64,000 bases of DNA from Convolutriloba macropyga (Eukaryota). A program made the position numbers and the translations under genes. Of the stretch, positions 47,601 to 61,386 are shown one piece after another; within the stretch, counting starts at the first letter, position 1, and every line of letters begins with the position of its first letter. The stretch spans positions 14,570,001-14,634,000 of the forward strand of contig NC_134477.1 in NCBI RefSeq assembly GCF_964194025.1, in the 5' to 3' direction. The notes below the pieces were generated by a model. It did no database searches, was not told where the DNA came from, and was given only the letters and a program-made list of their open reading frames with translations.

Positions 47601-47854
47601 TTTTGGTGTACTGATCGCAGTTTTCTAGTACTTGAACTCTGTAGAGTTTATCTGCGGTATCTGGCAGAAAAAGAATTGTGCCTGCAGCTACGTGAAAAAA
47701 ACTCTTTAACACATACATTTTGCAACTCCTCGGTCAAACCCGTATGCATGTCTTTGCTGGTTTCAGGATTTTGTGGTTCGCTTTGTGTGCCTACATTCTC
47801 TAACTGCTTTGCACCGCTCTCGTCGAAAATTGCATTTCTTAAGTTGTATTTCAT
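44690..47854 (-). pseudogene. CRE-clade non-LTR retrotransposon ORF (RT + CCHC + restriction-like endonuclease), broken by frameshifts and stops
   Basis: LEKLHP, AAGPS, ALSKKKGGVRPIAVGEVLR, QLGVGISGGAEAII, IDFQNAFNSV, GVQ*CDPL, WNLDDG, SGAWL, RYRLG, CPYC...GDHAVAC, RHDRIRD, RPGD, ALDITV, FVPLAIEVLGG. Confidence 0.9.
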
Positions 47855-49059
47855 TTTGGAAACATACCACAGGTTGGGGGAACTAATTTTGGAAACTACC
47901 CCAACAAACAAAGACTGTTGTATGTTGTAAGACGATTGTTTTCACAGGCAAACCGCCCCCAGAAAACTTGGGGGACAGACTGGGCTGGAGGGGTATTAGG
48001 AACAATCTCACCGGATATTAGGCACTTCGTCCAGTCCCACAGACAGGACGCAAAAACAGGAAGCTTCTGTAAATTTCTCTTGTTTGCTTGTTGATTTCGC
48101 TTATCGGGCTAACAAAGCTAACAACGCACATGCTGACATTTATTCATTCATCAAGGCATCAACTGTTCTAAAGTACGAATTTTAAATGCAAAGCTATTTC
48201 CTCTTTGTTTATATGAAGAAAACCAACTGACTGTTAACAAGAAAGAAAGCGAATATTTCAATAATTATATCAAGATGCCGGGCAAAATAGAGCATTAGAA
48301 ATACAAAAGTAGAAAACAAAAAAGACAGTAGTAGTGTCACTTATAGACAACAAAATTTGTCAATAGCATGATTAAAGAAACCTAAATCTGAGCGATGAAT
48401 AGAGTTTGTTTACTTTATCGATCAGAGAAGATAAGAAAGATTGCCAGAACATAGCTGTAATTGTTTCGAATATTACTCTCAAAATACCAATGAAAAAAAT
48501 AGGAACACAATTTCGAAAAATATCTAAATTATAAAAGGCTGCTAACGACCATCACAGATAAATCTCCATTAGAGTGAAATATATTTATTTGACCTAAACC
48601 GCTCCAAAAAAAGTAGATGTCTCTTGAACTTCTTTTTACTCAATCTTTTCTGCACATGCTTGGTAGTTTTTCTATAAACTTGCTTTCCAGGTTGTGTTGA
48701 AAAATGTCCAAAACTTTTCATATTTAAGAGATGTCGACTTCAATTTCTACATTTAACAAGATAATAAAAAAAGTAAGATTTAAGAAATTAAGCTTTTAAT
48801 TATTTTGCAGAAAAGATTTTTAGGTCGCAGGAACAGATTCGAAACTTTTCATTTTAAAAATTGCAAGACATTTAATTTTGGTTAAAATCATACCATAAAA
48901 CGAGGAAAATTAGACTAGTCAATGGCACTATAATACGCACAAGCCGATTACATCAATTTTTTGAAAGATTCAGATTCTATTTCCATTTTTTTCGTTTAAA
49001 ACCGACATTTACAACCCACTAGACAAAGTAAACGGCAATTTTTTAGAAGATAAAAGTTA

Positions 49060-50180
49060 ATCCTATGAGAAGCAAAAGAGTATTCACGTCTAGGCAGTTC
49101 ACATTTATAATCTTTGATCAATACGGACACAAACAATGCCCAATAAATTTTTGAAAAAGCAAGGTAAAATATGACACATAACTGCTGCCATTCTGTAGCC
49201 AAAATGATTGAGGCATTAGTGTGTTTTGGAGAACCACATAAGGAATCATAATTTGAACTAAACCGTTTTGGAGAACCAAATAAGGAATCATAATTTGAAC
49301 TAAAGCGTTTTGGAGAACCAAATAAGGAATCATAATTTGAACTAAAGCGAACAAAAAATTCATTTAAAAAATGACAACTCAAGAAGCAGCAATTTAGATA
49401 AATTCGCTGATCTACTTGTTCTTTAACTTTTACACACTTTTACTAGCTAATACCAAATAGACGAGCAAAACATCAAGATCTATTTGCTGCTCTATTCCAA
49501 AAGTTTGGCCATCCTAAACTGTATTTCTTTTAAAAGATTTTTGAATTATGACATTTTTAATATTCCGTGTCTTGAAATGGAGTGAGGACAATGACGTCAG
49601 TAGGTTTTTAATTTACGTCACTAAAATCTCATAATTCATTTACGTCATTACGAACTCAAAAACCTCACATTTTTAATTTTCCATGTTTTGAAATGAAGTG
49701 TGGATAATGACGTACATTAGAAACGTTATGACGTCATCATCCACCCGTCATTTTAAAACAAGAACATTCAATGAAAATATCCTATAAGGAACACTAGTCA
49801 AAAATAATAGGCTGTGCAAGCTTTCGGACTACAGCAGCAAATGATTTGTTTAGCTCCTCTTTGTTGTATTAGCTAGTAAGGGTGCATGAAAGTTATAGAA
49901 CAAGTAAAACAACAAATTTTTCTAAGGTGCTGCTTCTTGCGTTGTCATTTTTCAAATGAAACTTTTGTTCAGTTTCGTCAAAACTATTATATTTTTTGGT
50001 TCTAAAAACTCATTCCACGATCATTCTGGCTGCCGAATGGCAGCAGTCAAGTGTCAAGTTTTACCTGAATTTTATATGATTTTGTGAAAAAGCATGTTTT
50101 CCTTTCTGTACTTGTCCAATATTATTAACATTACCTGCTTACAACTGTACACCTGAATACTCTGCTGATTCTCACAACCA
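49060..50180. mobile_element. Foldback/MITE-like ~1.1-kb imperfect palindrome
   Basis: actgctgccattc/gaatggcagcagt, aaaatgacaactcaagaagcagca/tgctgcttcttgcgttgtcatttt and ttactagctaatac/gtattagctagtaa pair symmetrically about ~49660. Confidence 0.75.
49225..49349 (+). repeat. 39-bp tandem repeat x3
   Basis: tttggagaaccaaataaggaatcataatttgaactaaa repeated. Confidence 0.9.
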
Positions 50181-50885
50181 AAACATTTATGCTCCACAAA
50201 ATTGCCGTCATCACACATTACTCATGTCATCTACCATCAATTATTTACTTCAAAAAAAGATTTGTCTTATTTATACCAAACAAATGACTGCCTTTGCATT
50301 TTTATATATAGCTATTATATCAGCATTAATTCTTCGGTAATACAAAAGAATCAAGACTTGTTTTTACTTAATAGAACAAAAAACAAAGAATGAGAGTGAA
50401 TAGATAAGAAAAAAGTTGATTGTTTAATAGATGGTCATGGAATAATTGGTTTTTTCATTTTAGACTTTTTGAAGTTAGGAAGTATTAAAGCATTTGTTTT
50501 TAACCCAACCTTTTTGATAAAAATACTTTTACCAATAAGTTTTTAATCAATTACCGAATCACTGAAAAAAGTAATTTTCAGGTAGACTTGAGGATAAACT
50601 TAAACTTTAATACCTCTGGCCAGCTGATCAATCAAAGCATGAAATAGACTTATTAAAACAACAGAAAGTTTCTCCAAATAAAACATTTCTCTGAGCTTAG
50701 TCGTTTGACCAAACCTTTTTTATGTTCTTCAAAGCTGAGCGTTGAGTAAAAATCGCAGCAGTCTTTGATTCAACAGATTCTATTTGTATAACAATAAAAA
50801 ACCTTCTTTTTTAACAATGTTAAATCAGAGTCACACTGAACCGGCAACCATTAGGTCGTTTTTGCTGTATTGTAAATATGATTAT

Positions 50886-51966
50886 ATCATATATTGTCTC
50901 CTTTATTCTTTTCGGCTTTCCCTCCAAATTGTCTGATGATTTTGTACGTTGATTCAAACTTTTGAGTTTGGTTTTAGATTTCATCTTTCTTATTATAAGA
51001 AACCCATAAACCTAAACAATTTTATTGCCAAGAAATTTTTCTCAACGTTTCGCAAACATTTGATTCAAAGTTGCTTTTATGTTCTCCGCACGCTTTTTCA
51101 CTTCAATAAAGTAATTTTTTATACAGTTTCATAGCATTTCGAAATCTTAACATTCAACTTTTAGGAAAGCCCACCCACTACTAAGCCAAAAATTTGTTAT
51201 ACAGTTTCATAGCATTTCGAAATCTTAACATTCAACTTTTAGGAAAGCCCACCCACTATTAAGCCAAAAATTACCATATATTGTCTTCTCTATTCTTTTC
51301 GGCTTTCCCTCCCAATTGTCTGATGATTTTGTACGTTGATTCAAACTTTTGAGTTTGCTTTTAAATTTCATCTTTCTGATTACAAGAAACCCATAAACCT
51401 AAACAGTTTTATTGCCATGAAATTTTTCTCAACGTTTCAAAAACATTTGATTTAAAGTTGCTTTTATGTTCTTCGCACGCTTTTTCACTTCAAAAAAAAA
51501 TTTTTTTACAGTTTCATAGCATTTCGAAATCTTAACATTCAACTTTTAGGGAAGTCCACCCACTACTAAGCCAAAAATTTTTTATACAGTTTCATAGCAT
51601 TTCGAAAACTTAACATTCAACTTTTAGGAAAGCCCAGCCACTATTAAGCCAAAAATTATCATATATTGTCTTCTCTATTCTTTTCGGCTTTCCCTCCAAA
51701 TTGTCTGATGATTTTGTACGTTGATTCAAACTTTTGAGTTTGCTTTTAAATTTCATCTTTCTGATTATAAGAAACCCATAAACCTAAACAGTTTTATTGC
51801 CATGAAATTTTTCTTAACGTTTCGCAAACATTTGATTTAAAGTTGCTTTTATGTTCTTCGCACGCTTTTTCACTTCAATAAAGTAACTTTTTATACAGTT
51901 TCATAGCATTTCGAAATCTTAACATTCAACTTTTAGGAAAGCCCACCCACTACTACGCCAAAAATT
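50886..51966 (+). repeat. ~385-bp tandem repeat x3 with internal ~80-bp subrepeat
   Basis: catatattgtct...ttttcggctttccctcc at ~50888, 51275 and 51660; tacagtttcatagcatttcgaaatcttaacattcaacttttaggaaagccc repeated 5 times. Confidence 0.9.
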
Positions 51967-54900
51967 GAGTTCAATTGCAAAAATATGACTCAATACGTTC
52001 CAAATGTTTATGTCATTTGGTATTTTAACTTGTTGAGCCCGTAAACTGGTTTAAAATGCGATTTTATCAATTTTGGTATCATATGGTCAAAATATATGCT
52101 AGCAGACTATAATCAAGAATGTTTTACCCAAAAGATGATTGAAAAATTTATTAATAAGTAAATTTTATTATTAGTGGATGTCATTACAATTTCACCTTCT
52201 GTGCTCTATTCTTTCAATTTTAATTGACTATTCTGAATATTGACAAGGGAAACTCACATTAGTTCTTTCTCATCCAATTGGGGTGGATATTTGAGATCAT
52301 TGAAAATGCTAATTATAATCCTATGCGAACGGAAATTTAAGAGATGTCATTAAACGTATATGCTTATTTGATAAAAAATTATGGTAAGACAGGTATAAAG
52401 TCATTAGATTTTTGAACATTTTGTGTTGTTGCCTTTGTCTGTAAATTATTTGTTCCCTTGCAAGTGAATGCAGATGTTAAAGCCATTTGAAAATTAGCAA
52501 GTTCAATTTGACAGCTTTGTTTTATCAATAGCTAATTGTTAAATTGCAACTGATCAGCTTCAACAAAAACTAAATATGCCCATTTAACTTAAAGTTGTCG
52601 TGGTTTTGATATAAATTATCAACGATGATTCTTTTCTATTACTTAATCAGTTTGTATTAGGAAAGATAAAGTATTTAGTTGGGGATTAAATTATTTTTCG
52701 AGATTAAAAATCAACATTTTCCGCTCATAATTCTCATGATCAATCTCCAAATAATTTTACAAATTTGGTTGATTTTGTGATTTTCAAGAGATTTTTCAGA
52801 AATTTTTTGTATATACTAGTCCACAGCTACTCAGACAGATATTAGTCTATACTCCATTTGTCCGCTCGTTGAGTTAGTAGGCAGATAATTTTTATTGAAA
52901 ATATAGAATTTTAGTAGGCATAAAATTAAATTTGGAAACAAATTCAGAACACTTAACAACTTTGTTACTGTTAGTCGAAACTCAACAAAACCACTGCCCA
53001 TCTTTAATGTCACGATATCTTCCTTAGGTAACTAGGTCTGCTGTCAATCGACTTTGTCAGTTACTTGTCTAATAGCACTTGAATTTTTGACGAAATTTAT
53101 AATATTCTGATTTAATCTTTCATTTTTCTTTCCGTTTTTAAAAATTTGTTTTTTTTAATGTTTATTTTTATTTAAGTTTTCATTTTCTCTAAAACTGAAA
53201 TCGTATCTTTTTATCCAATCATTTATCATTGGGAATATTCGAGAACCAAATTTTCAAAAAAAAGCAAAATCAGGATGTGATACTTTAATTGAATGATCTA
53301 ACAATATCTAAATTCTTTGGCTAGATAGTTGAGTGAACTTGGTGTTCAACTAATTTTTGAAATAATTGAAATCGTAAGAACGTGTTTTTCATCATTTAGA
53401 AGAAAAACTTCATTTAAAATTGCAAAATTATAACTGAAAATGTTAAAATAATCGATGTCTAACAAGTCGATAATAAGTTTTTCTATTTTCCTTAAACTCT
53501 CGTTGGTTACTCAAACTTTGTCTGTTGCTGACTTCATAAAACACTCTGCCAAATTTAGCTGAAGGAGCTTTCTTCGTACATTATTAGATAGTAAACATTG
53601 CATAGCAAAAATTTGTATTTTGATGGGTTCAGTGAAGAGTGTCCGTAATTTTGTAGTTTAGGAACTCAATTTTCCAAGTATTAGCGATAAATTTTTAACC
53701 AACCGGAAATGATATCTAACAGAACTTAGAAAAAAGCTAAAAAACGCGAAAAGTTTGCTAATAATTCAAAAAAAATGCTCAAAACTGCTAATGATCTTAC
53801 AAATTTGAACTGACAAAAGCTGCCTTTTTAGCCATTCAAAATGCACTAAAAATGACTTTAACTGTAGCAATTAACAATTAGTAGCTAAAAGCAATCTTTT
53901 CAAATAACTTGCTAAACGTTCATAAAATTTGCGTACTTTAGCAAAAATCAGCAAATTTTTGGAAAAAACTCTGCAAATACCCTTGAAAAAAATTCTAGAT
54001 TGAAGCTGTTAATAATCAAACCTCATCCATCAGCCGCTTTATCATAAAACATGAGCAAAAAGGTGCAAAGTCAAGAGTTTGCTTTTGAAATTCATCTTTC
54101 CTATTATAGGAAACCCATAAACCTAAACAATTTTACTGTGCCAAGCCATTTTTCTCAACGTTTCGCAAAAACTTGACTTAAATTTCCTCTCATGTTCTTC
54201 GCACGCTTTTTCAATTCAATAAAGTATTTTTTATACAGTTTCGTAGCATTTCAAAATCTGAACCTTCAACTTTTAGGAAAGCCCACCCACTACTAAGCCA
54301 CAAATTGATTTTAATTGCAAAAATAAGACTCAATATAATCCAAATTTTTAAACCATTTGGTATTTTACCTTGTTGAGCCTGTAAACTGGTTTAAAATGCA
54401 AACTTTTTCATTTTTCAAAGAATAATCAAATAGATTTTAACAATTTTGGATTCATATGGTCAAAATATGCTAGCTGACTATTATCTAGAAGGTTTACCCA
54501 AAGGATGATTGAAAATTTTATTAATAAGTAAATTTATTACTAGTAGATGTTTTTAAAATATTACCTTTTGTGCTATATTCTTTCAATTTTGATCAACTAT
54601 TCTGAATGTTGACAAAGGAAACTCATAATTCGTTCTTTTTCATCCAATCGGGGTGGATAATTGAGATCTTTGAAATTTCTAAGGAAAATCCTTTGCGAAC
54701 GGAAATTTAAGATGACATTGAACGTATATGCTTATTTCATAAAAATTCTGGTAAGACAGGTATAATGTCACTAGATTTTTGATCATTTTGTGTTGTTGCC
54801 TTTGACTCGAAATTATTTGATCCCTTGCAATTGAATGCAGATATTAAAGCCATTTGAAATTTAGCAAGTTCAATATGACAGCTTTGTATTACCAATAGTT

Positions 54901-55738
54901 AATTGTTAAACTGCAACTGATAAGCTTCAACAAAAACTAAATATGCCCATTAAACTTAAAGTTGTCGTGGTTTTGATATAAATTATCAACGATGATTCTT
55001 TTCTATTACTTAATCAGTTTGTATTAGGACAGATAAAGTATTTAGTTCTTTTTCCTAAACACTGGGGATTAAAGTATTCCTTTGAATTTAAAAAAAACAT
55101 TTTCCGTTCATATTTCTCATGATCAATCTCCAAATAATTTTACAAATTTGGTTGATCTTGTTATTTTCACGAGGTTTTTCAGAAATTTGCAGCTGTATTT
55201 GTATATACTAATCCACAGCAACTCAGACAGATAATAGTCTATACTCAATTTGTCCGCTATTTGAGTTAGTAGGCAGATAATTTTTATTGAAAATATAGAA
55301 CTTTAGTAGGCATAGAAATTAAATTTGAAACAAATTAAGGATACTTTAACAACTTTGTTACTGTTAGTCGAAACTCAACAAAACCACTGCCCATCTTTAT
55401 TGTCACGAAACCTTCCTTAGGTAACTAGGTATGCTGTCAATCGACTTTGTCAGTTACTAGACTATAGCACTTATATTTTTGACGAAATTTATAATATTCT
55501 GATTTAGTCTTTCAATTTTTCTTTCCGTTTTTAAAAATTTAATTTTTATAATGTTTATTTTTATTTAAGTTTTCATTTTCTCTAAAACTGAAATCGTATC
55601 TTTTTATCCAATCATTTATCATTGGGAATATTCGAGAACCAATTTTTCAAAAAAAAGCAAAATCAGGATGTCATACTTTAATTGAATGATCTAACAATAT
55701 CTAAATTCTTTGGCTAGATAGTTGAGTGAACTTGGTGT
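51740..55738 (+). repeat. ~1.6-kb diverged direct duplication (51740-53347 and 54075-55738)
   Basis: Shared blocks such as gtaaactggtttaaaatgc, gcgaacggaaatttaag and ggctagatagttgagtgaacttggtgtt. Confidence 0.88.
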
Positions 55739-55899
55739 TAACAATCAAACCTCATCATTTAGCAGCTTACTCGTAAAAAAAATGCATAAAAGCAAAAAAG
55801 GTGCAAAAGTTCGCAAAAATTTCGACACAATTTTGCAAAAACCTCAAAAACAATGCAAAAAATACTGGAATTTTGTAAAAAACTAATTGTGATCTTAAA

Positions 55900-56525
55900 T
55901 CATGAGAGTTAGAATTAATCCTAAAACCTAAAGTCTGCCACACCTAATCTTCATATATGGCTATATCTAATCTAAAAACATGAAATCGCTGATTCCTAAA
56001 TTCAACATAAGTAAAGGGCAACACCGATTCATATTATATCAGAAAACCCATACCTAATCTTAATATATGAAGTCCGCTATTCGTCATCTCAATACATGCA
56101 AAAAATTATAACATCTTAATCCATGGAGTCAGCTATAACTAACCTTAATGCAAAGAGTCGGCCATACCTAATCTTGAAACACATAGAAGGCTATACCTCA
56201 TCTCAGTAATGGGAACAGCTATAAGTAATCTTAATACATGGAGTCGGCTATACCTAATCTTAACACACGCGAACAGCTATATTTAATCTCAATACACGGA
56301 GTTAGCTAAAACTAATCTTAATACAAAGAGTCGACCATAACCTAATCTTAATAAATATAGAAGGCATTACTTGATCTTATTAATTAGAATAGCTATACAT
56401 AAACATAACACATAGAGTCGGTTACTCCTAATCGTAACTTAATACATAGAGCGGCTATTAACCAATCTTGATACATTGAGTAAGGCTATTCCTAATCTTA
56501 ATACATGTAGTCGGCTACACCCTAT
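55900..56525 (+). repeat. Degenerate ~30-bp minisatellite
   Basis: Units resembling gctatacctaatcttaatacatggagtcg. Confidence 0.85.
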
Positions 56526-56529
56526 TAAC

Positions 56530-56643
56530 GGTGGGAGGGGGACTTTGGCTGCACGGGCCCTTACGGCTTGAACGATGTGCAGAGGGTGGGGATTGAGGGG
56601 CGGGGTTAAGTGAGGGGAGCTGATGCGGGGGGTGGGGTGGGGT
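56530..56643 (+). other. G-rich tract (potential G-quadruplex)
   Basis: Multiple GGG(G) runs, e.g. gggggattgaggggcggggttaagtgagggg...ggggggtggggtgggg. Confidence 0.55.
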
Positions 56644-58227
56644 CAACCTCTAAGAACCGCCCTTCACACCGCAAGTACAAGTCTTCAAAACAGTTTCTGT
56701 CAATTGCATACTTCATGACTAGTGAGTTGAAAGGCTCTAAGAGCACTTAATGACCGCTGGGCGCTACCTGTTTATCCCGTTTCTGAGGACTAAAAGTCAA
56801 ATGGATCCGACGAAAAATCAGTCAAGCGAAAAATCGTATCAAAAAAGAGCAATGACAAATATATTGATACAAACTCCGCTTGAGAGCAATTAAAAACTTG
56901 TTTTTTGACGGTATTACCGTCTCACAGCAGGGATTATCCTTTTTAAGAACTGTGAATTTGGTTTTTGAATTACTCAGATTAGCTACCTTTCCACTAAATC
57001 GGGGGACCTATTAAGGGAGGAATCCTAAATCTTCCACTAATAGATTTAGTGAATAAAGCACTGCGCCAATAGAGACAATTAGTTTAATTTGAGATTGATT
57101 ATATACAAGATATCTTCATTCTAGTTCGAGTTAAATATGATAGTAGTTATTTGTATCGGTTATGTGCATAGATATTATTTCATTCAAAATAAGGACATTC
57201 ATCAATTCAAACAATGACCCGGAGCCCACAATGTCTGCATGTGTTTAATTAAAATAGTGGTTGAGATGTGGGGCAATCCCAGATTAAATTCTGCGGTCGG
57301 TTTTGTTAATCATTGTCAGCAATGCAATCTCGGTTCTGGTTTGAATTGACGAATGTCCTCATTTCAAGTTACATTGTGTGTTCGCATAACCTTTATTACA
57401 CACTATTGAAGTCTAATGGCTGAAGTGAGCTAAGAATAATTTAGAACATAGCCTTCGAGTGAAAATTTACCAAGTTTGCAATAAAGAGCAAATTACTACA
57501 TTAATTGAATCCTAATTTCTTTTGGCGCAATTAATAAGCACTGAATACTTGAAACATACAAATATTTTGAAATACTTGTAACATACTTGAAAATATTTGC
57601 AACCCGTCGGAGTGATGTTTACATGTTCTAACCTACTCACTCAAACGTTCTCGCAATGGTAGAAACGAACATCAAATGGGTGATATTAACAGCAACCAAA
57701 ATGAGGTCTGAACACTATTTTTCGTTGCTTAATTATAAAGCCCAAAACTCCAATGCGCTAGTAGCAAAGCTCCCACAAGGCGAGCAAAAAGACCTCACCT
57801 TCTAAATATGCATCAGCAGTTAGGCCAATGTTTTATCTGTTATTGTAATTCAGTCGACTCGACTGTTTCAACTCGACATAACTCTGCGTCCACTGAATTA
57901 ATTGTTTGCAGCTATTAATTTGGATTTCAACAAAGCTGATAAAAAAAAATCAGTGCATTGAAAAAATGAAATTAAAACGTGAATTTCAATGTCCGCATAT
58001 ATGCATACAAGCCATTCAATGAATAATAAAATATCTGCATAATATGAAGGAACATAAAACACTTACGCTCAAGTATTTGTCTAATGCAAAGAAAGAATGG
58101 GTTGGTGCTATGGTTACGTTCAGTGTCTATGGTTAATTACAGAAGTAAGAAAACCTAGTGGGGGTCTCGTTCAAAACTTGAGCATAAGCAAAAAAAAACA
58201 AAAACATTAGAAACCGCTCAGCCGTCC

Positions 58228-58566
58228 CTAATTAAATGGCAAATGACAAGTTTCCCGTTGGTCCGTTTCTTTTTCGTAACGAACGACACCATCTGAGGCA
58301 GAGGTGGCAGCTTCACATAAGAATGAAACTAATCTTTGTTTGAATAATGGAAATGACGTCAGCGAACGTTCCTTGCGCTTTTCGCTGATCTTAGCAGCGA
58401 TCTGTTTGAGAGCTCTTGTAGCTGTAGGTCCTGCGCAAACAGTGCAGGCAAACACTAGCAGGTTAAACGTGCTATGCTCTACGTCAATCACGCGTTGTTC
58501 GTATTTCTCTTTTTTTATAGACTCATGATTGCAATGTCTGATCTGCAGAGTATTCTCCATGTGCAT
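58228..58566 (-). pseudogene. 3' fragment of a second CRE-clade retrotransposon (RLE C-terminus)
   Basis: HESIKKEKYEQRVIDVEHSTFNLLVFACT..AGPTATRALKQIAAKISEKR matches the CRE 'EKKR.YE.RV..VE..SF.PLVF...GG.G' region. Confidence 0.8.
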
Positions 58567-58899
58567 TTATTATTTTCGGTGAGGGATTTTTCGAAGAATT
58601 TGTAGTAAATCCTCAACAACGTTTGCTTGTTTAGGTACTCCCTAGTCTTTGTCTTAGTATTGCATCATCATCATCACCATCATCGCCAGTTGTTGCGTTA
58701 CCCGAGAAGGTCTTGCCTTCGAACGGCTGAAAATGAGCTCAATTTGAACATCATGGCATACTTCTTCTCGGAGACTGACCATAATACAGGGTTAAATTCT
58801 GAAACGTGGATTAATCATCTCTCTCAGTAACTAGCCAGTAAAATAGCGTTTATCTTTTCCGCTAGATAACAATTGAACTATGCAAATTGACACCAGCTG

Positions 58900-59660
58900 C
58901 CATCAAGCTTTTGTTGAAATCACACCCACTACCTCACACAAAATTGTAAGACAAAAAGCCGCCAATCGATTGTCGTTTGACAAACGATGCAGCGGTTCCA
59001 CCCTACATGCGTTTCCATGTTTCTGTGATTCCTTGCCAAAATGATCCATTACACTGGATACGACGTTTTTTTCTATGCCAACGATATGGTTATCCGATCA
59101 CGCGTTATAGATATTCACAATGCCATGTACAATTTGTCGGCTTATTGTGCCGAAAATGCCCTCGAGGTTAACAGACAAGGCGAAATTCATAAAATTCCAT
59201 CGGCGGACGTCTGGGGACGCGGAGAAAGTCAATTACATGGGAGAACCAATAGAACCTGTCAGCGGCTTTCTTTACCTTGGAATTCTGTTATTGAGAGTGT
59301 CAATCAATTCTCATCTGAACCACCTCAAATTAAATTGCACAAAGGCATCGAACTCACCAAGTCTAGGTCCATTTCAATAAAATAAACTTTCAGAGCGCTT
59401 ACAGGCTGCTGAAAGCAGTTATTAAGCCTGTGCTTAATTACGACGTCTCAGTTTTTGCATCATCCGAGTCCCCGGAATCGGTTGAAGTCCACTACATAAG
59501 TTTCACTGAACGATACTGGAAGCACTGGCTCAACATCTCCAAGTTCCACATAAACAGCCAGTTCCTAAAACACTTGTATGAAGACGACTTTCTGGTCATT
59601 CACAGCTGGGTTACACCAGCTGATGTGCCGTACCGGCGACGTAGATGTAGTAGTAGAAAA
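58900..59660 (+). pseudogene. Degenerate LINE RT fragment
   Basis: FFYANDMVI (YADD-like), LSAYCAENALEVN, IEPVSGFLYLGI, with several frameshifts. Confidence 0.6.
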
Positions 59661-60182
59661 TTTGGCCATTTGATTTCGTCGGGCGCGGGGACTGTGTCCT
59701 TTTTTTTGTCCATGGTTGTCTTCTTTTCTTTGTCTTTGCAGATGTGTCTAAGTTCTGCAACAATCCGATCTTCGAGAAGTTTCACCTGTTCACCTGCAAG
59801 GCCATGCGACCTGGAAATGAACAATAAAATGTTCTAAGTCTTTACCACAACTCTATAGATCTCTTAATTGATTGATGCATGTTTTATACCATAAATATAT
59901 GTACACGAGCGTTTACTAATATTTCATCGATTAATTTTGTTTTAAGATATGTTCGTTTAATAGTATCTATATGAAGACGTAAGTTATTTTTCTATATGAA
60001 ATGGAGCAAACCAAAACAACAGGAAGATGGTCGTTAGCACAGCCGGATGAATTCTGTTTCAATGATCAAGAAAAAGTGGCTGTGATCCACACAATGGACG
60101 TAACAGTAAGCAATCACAATGAAACACTACACACACCAGCGTATTTATATTTTCCGCAAAACGCATTCTATTTTACGTGACC

Positions 60183-60512
60183 GGACAATAGGTCAACAGA
60201 TCGAAAACAGATAAATTGGGACAATAGATCGAAAATTAATCTATTCTTATTGGTTGAAATTCACCATTATTTACGAGCTGCAATATAATTACATTACGGC
60301 CATGCCTCGCGAGCCACGGCCATGCCTTAGCGGCCCGTGGGACTTGATATAAATCTATCACAACCGAACAAAATATCACAATAGAACATGTTATATGCTG
60401 TATAATAAATGAGCGCTTAAATCTGATTGGCCAATACGCGAATTGAATTATTTAATTTTCGATCTATTGTCCCAATTTTTGCTTTCGATCTGTTGTCTTT
60501 CGATCTATTGTC
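60183..60512. mobile_element. MITE-like element with repeated gacaatagatcgaaa terminal motifs
   Basis: ggacaatag..acagatcgaaa..aaattgggacaatagatcgaaaatt is inverted at 60454-60512. Confidence 0.75.
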
Positions 60513-60540
60513 CTAGTACCTCTATTTTAAACTAGCAATA

Positions 60541-60727
60541 TGTTAAGCTGTAGGAGCTGCGTCGAAAGGTTGAAATATAACTACTATTAGGTGTCCAGCC
60601 TCATGTTGTTTACGCGTTTAGTACAACGGCAGCCCGGCTGACATATGAATGAATGAATTGAATTTCTCCGATGCATAATCAGAAGTTTTACAAACAGATC
60701 TTACCAAATTTAAAATATATAGCAACG
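60541..60727 (-). repeat. Possible 3' LTR of the env-bearing element
   Basis: On the minus strand it ends ...cttaaCA at 60541 and is preceded by purine-rich ttggaggg. The start reads CGTTG rather than TGTTG, and no second LTR is in the window. Confidence 0.3.
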
Positions 60728-61386
60728 AAGTGACCCTCCAAAACCAAGAGGCTGCATGGGAGTACCCTTGGGGGCAAACAGTCAATAATTAACATAACTC
60801 AATAAAAAAAAGATTAAATGAAATTTTTCAAAAACATTTTCATTTTTAATTATTGTATTCATTATACGGTCTGTTAATTTCTCTTCGAACACTATTAATT
60901 CTATCCTTTAACTATTTCAGATGCTGGTTCTGAGCAGATTCCCTCAAATTCAAAACAACTGTTTGCAACTTTATTCTACTCGTCTAACTCTTCCAACTCC
61001 TTCATGCAACTACTTCTTCAAATATTTTAGTAAGTCAATCTAATAAACCAATCACAAGCCTTTTCTATAATCTAAATATTCATTTTTACCAATTCATAAT
61101 TTCAACGAATACAAAAGTGTAATTCATATCAAATCTGGATTAGGAATTTGTATATGACACTGCGCCTCTATAAAAAGAAAAACGTGACTCTTTTAAGAGA
61201 ACAATATAGCAATAGGTCTCTTTAAAAGAACAATGTGCCTCTCATAAGGAACACTGCGCCTCTAAGTTTTTCATGCAAGCTTAATATTAAATCACTAGCT
61301 TAATATTAAATCACAAAGCACCTTGCAGCAACCTCATTTTTTAATGTGAGCTATATAAATTCTTCTTTAATGTGTTTTTTGTTTTG

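Noticed and set aside
48996-49382. ORF with repeated RFSSNYDSLFGSPK
   Set aside because: Translation of the 39-bp tandem repeat within a foldback element.
58627-58830. Poly-His ORF
   Set aside because: Derived from a (CAT)n microsatellite; no other coding support.
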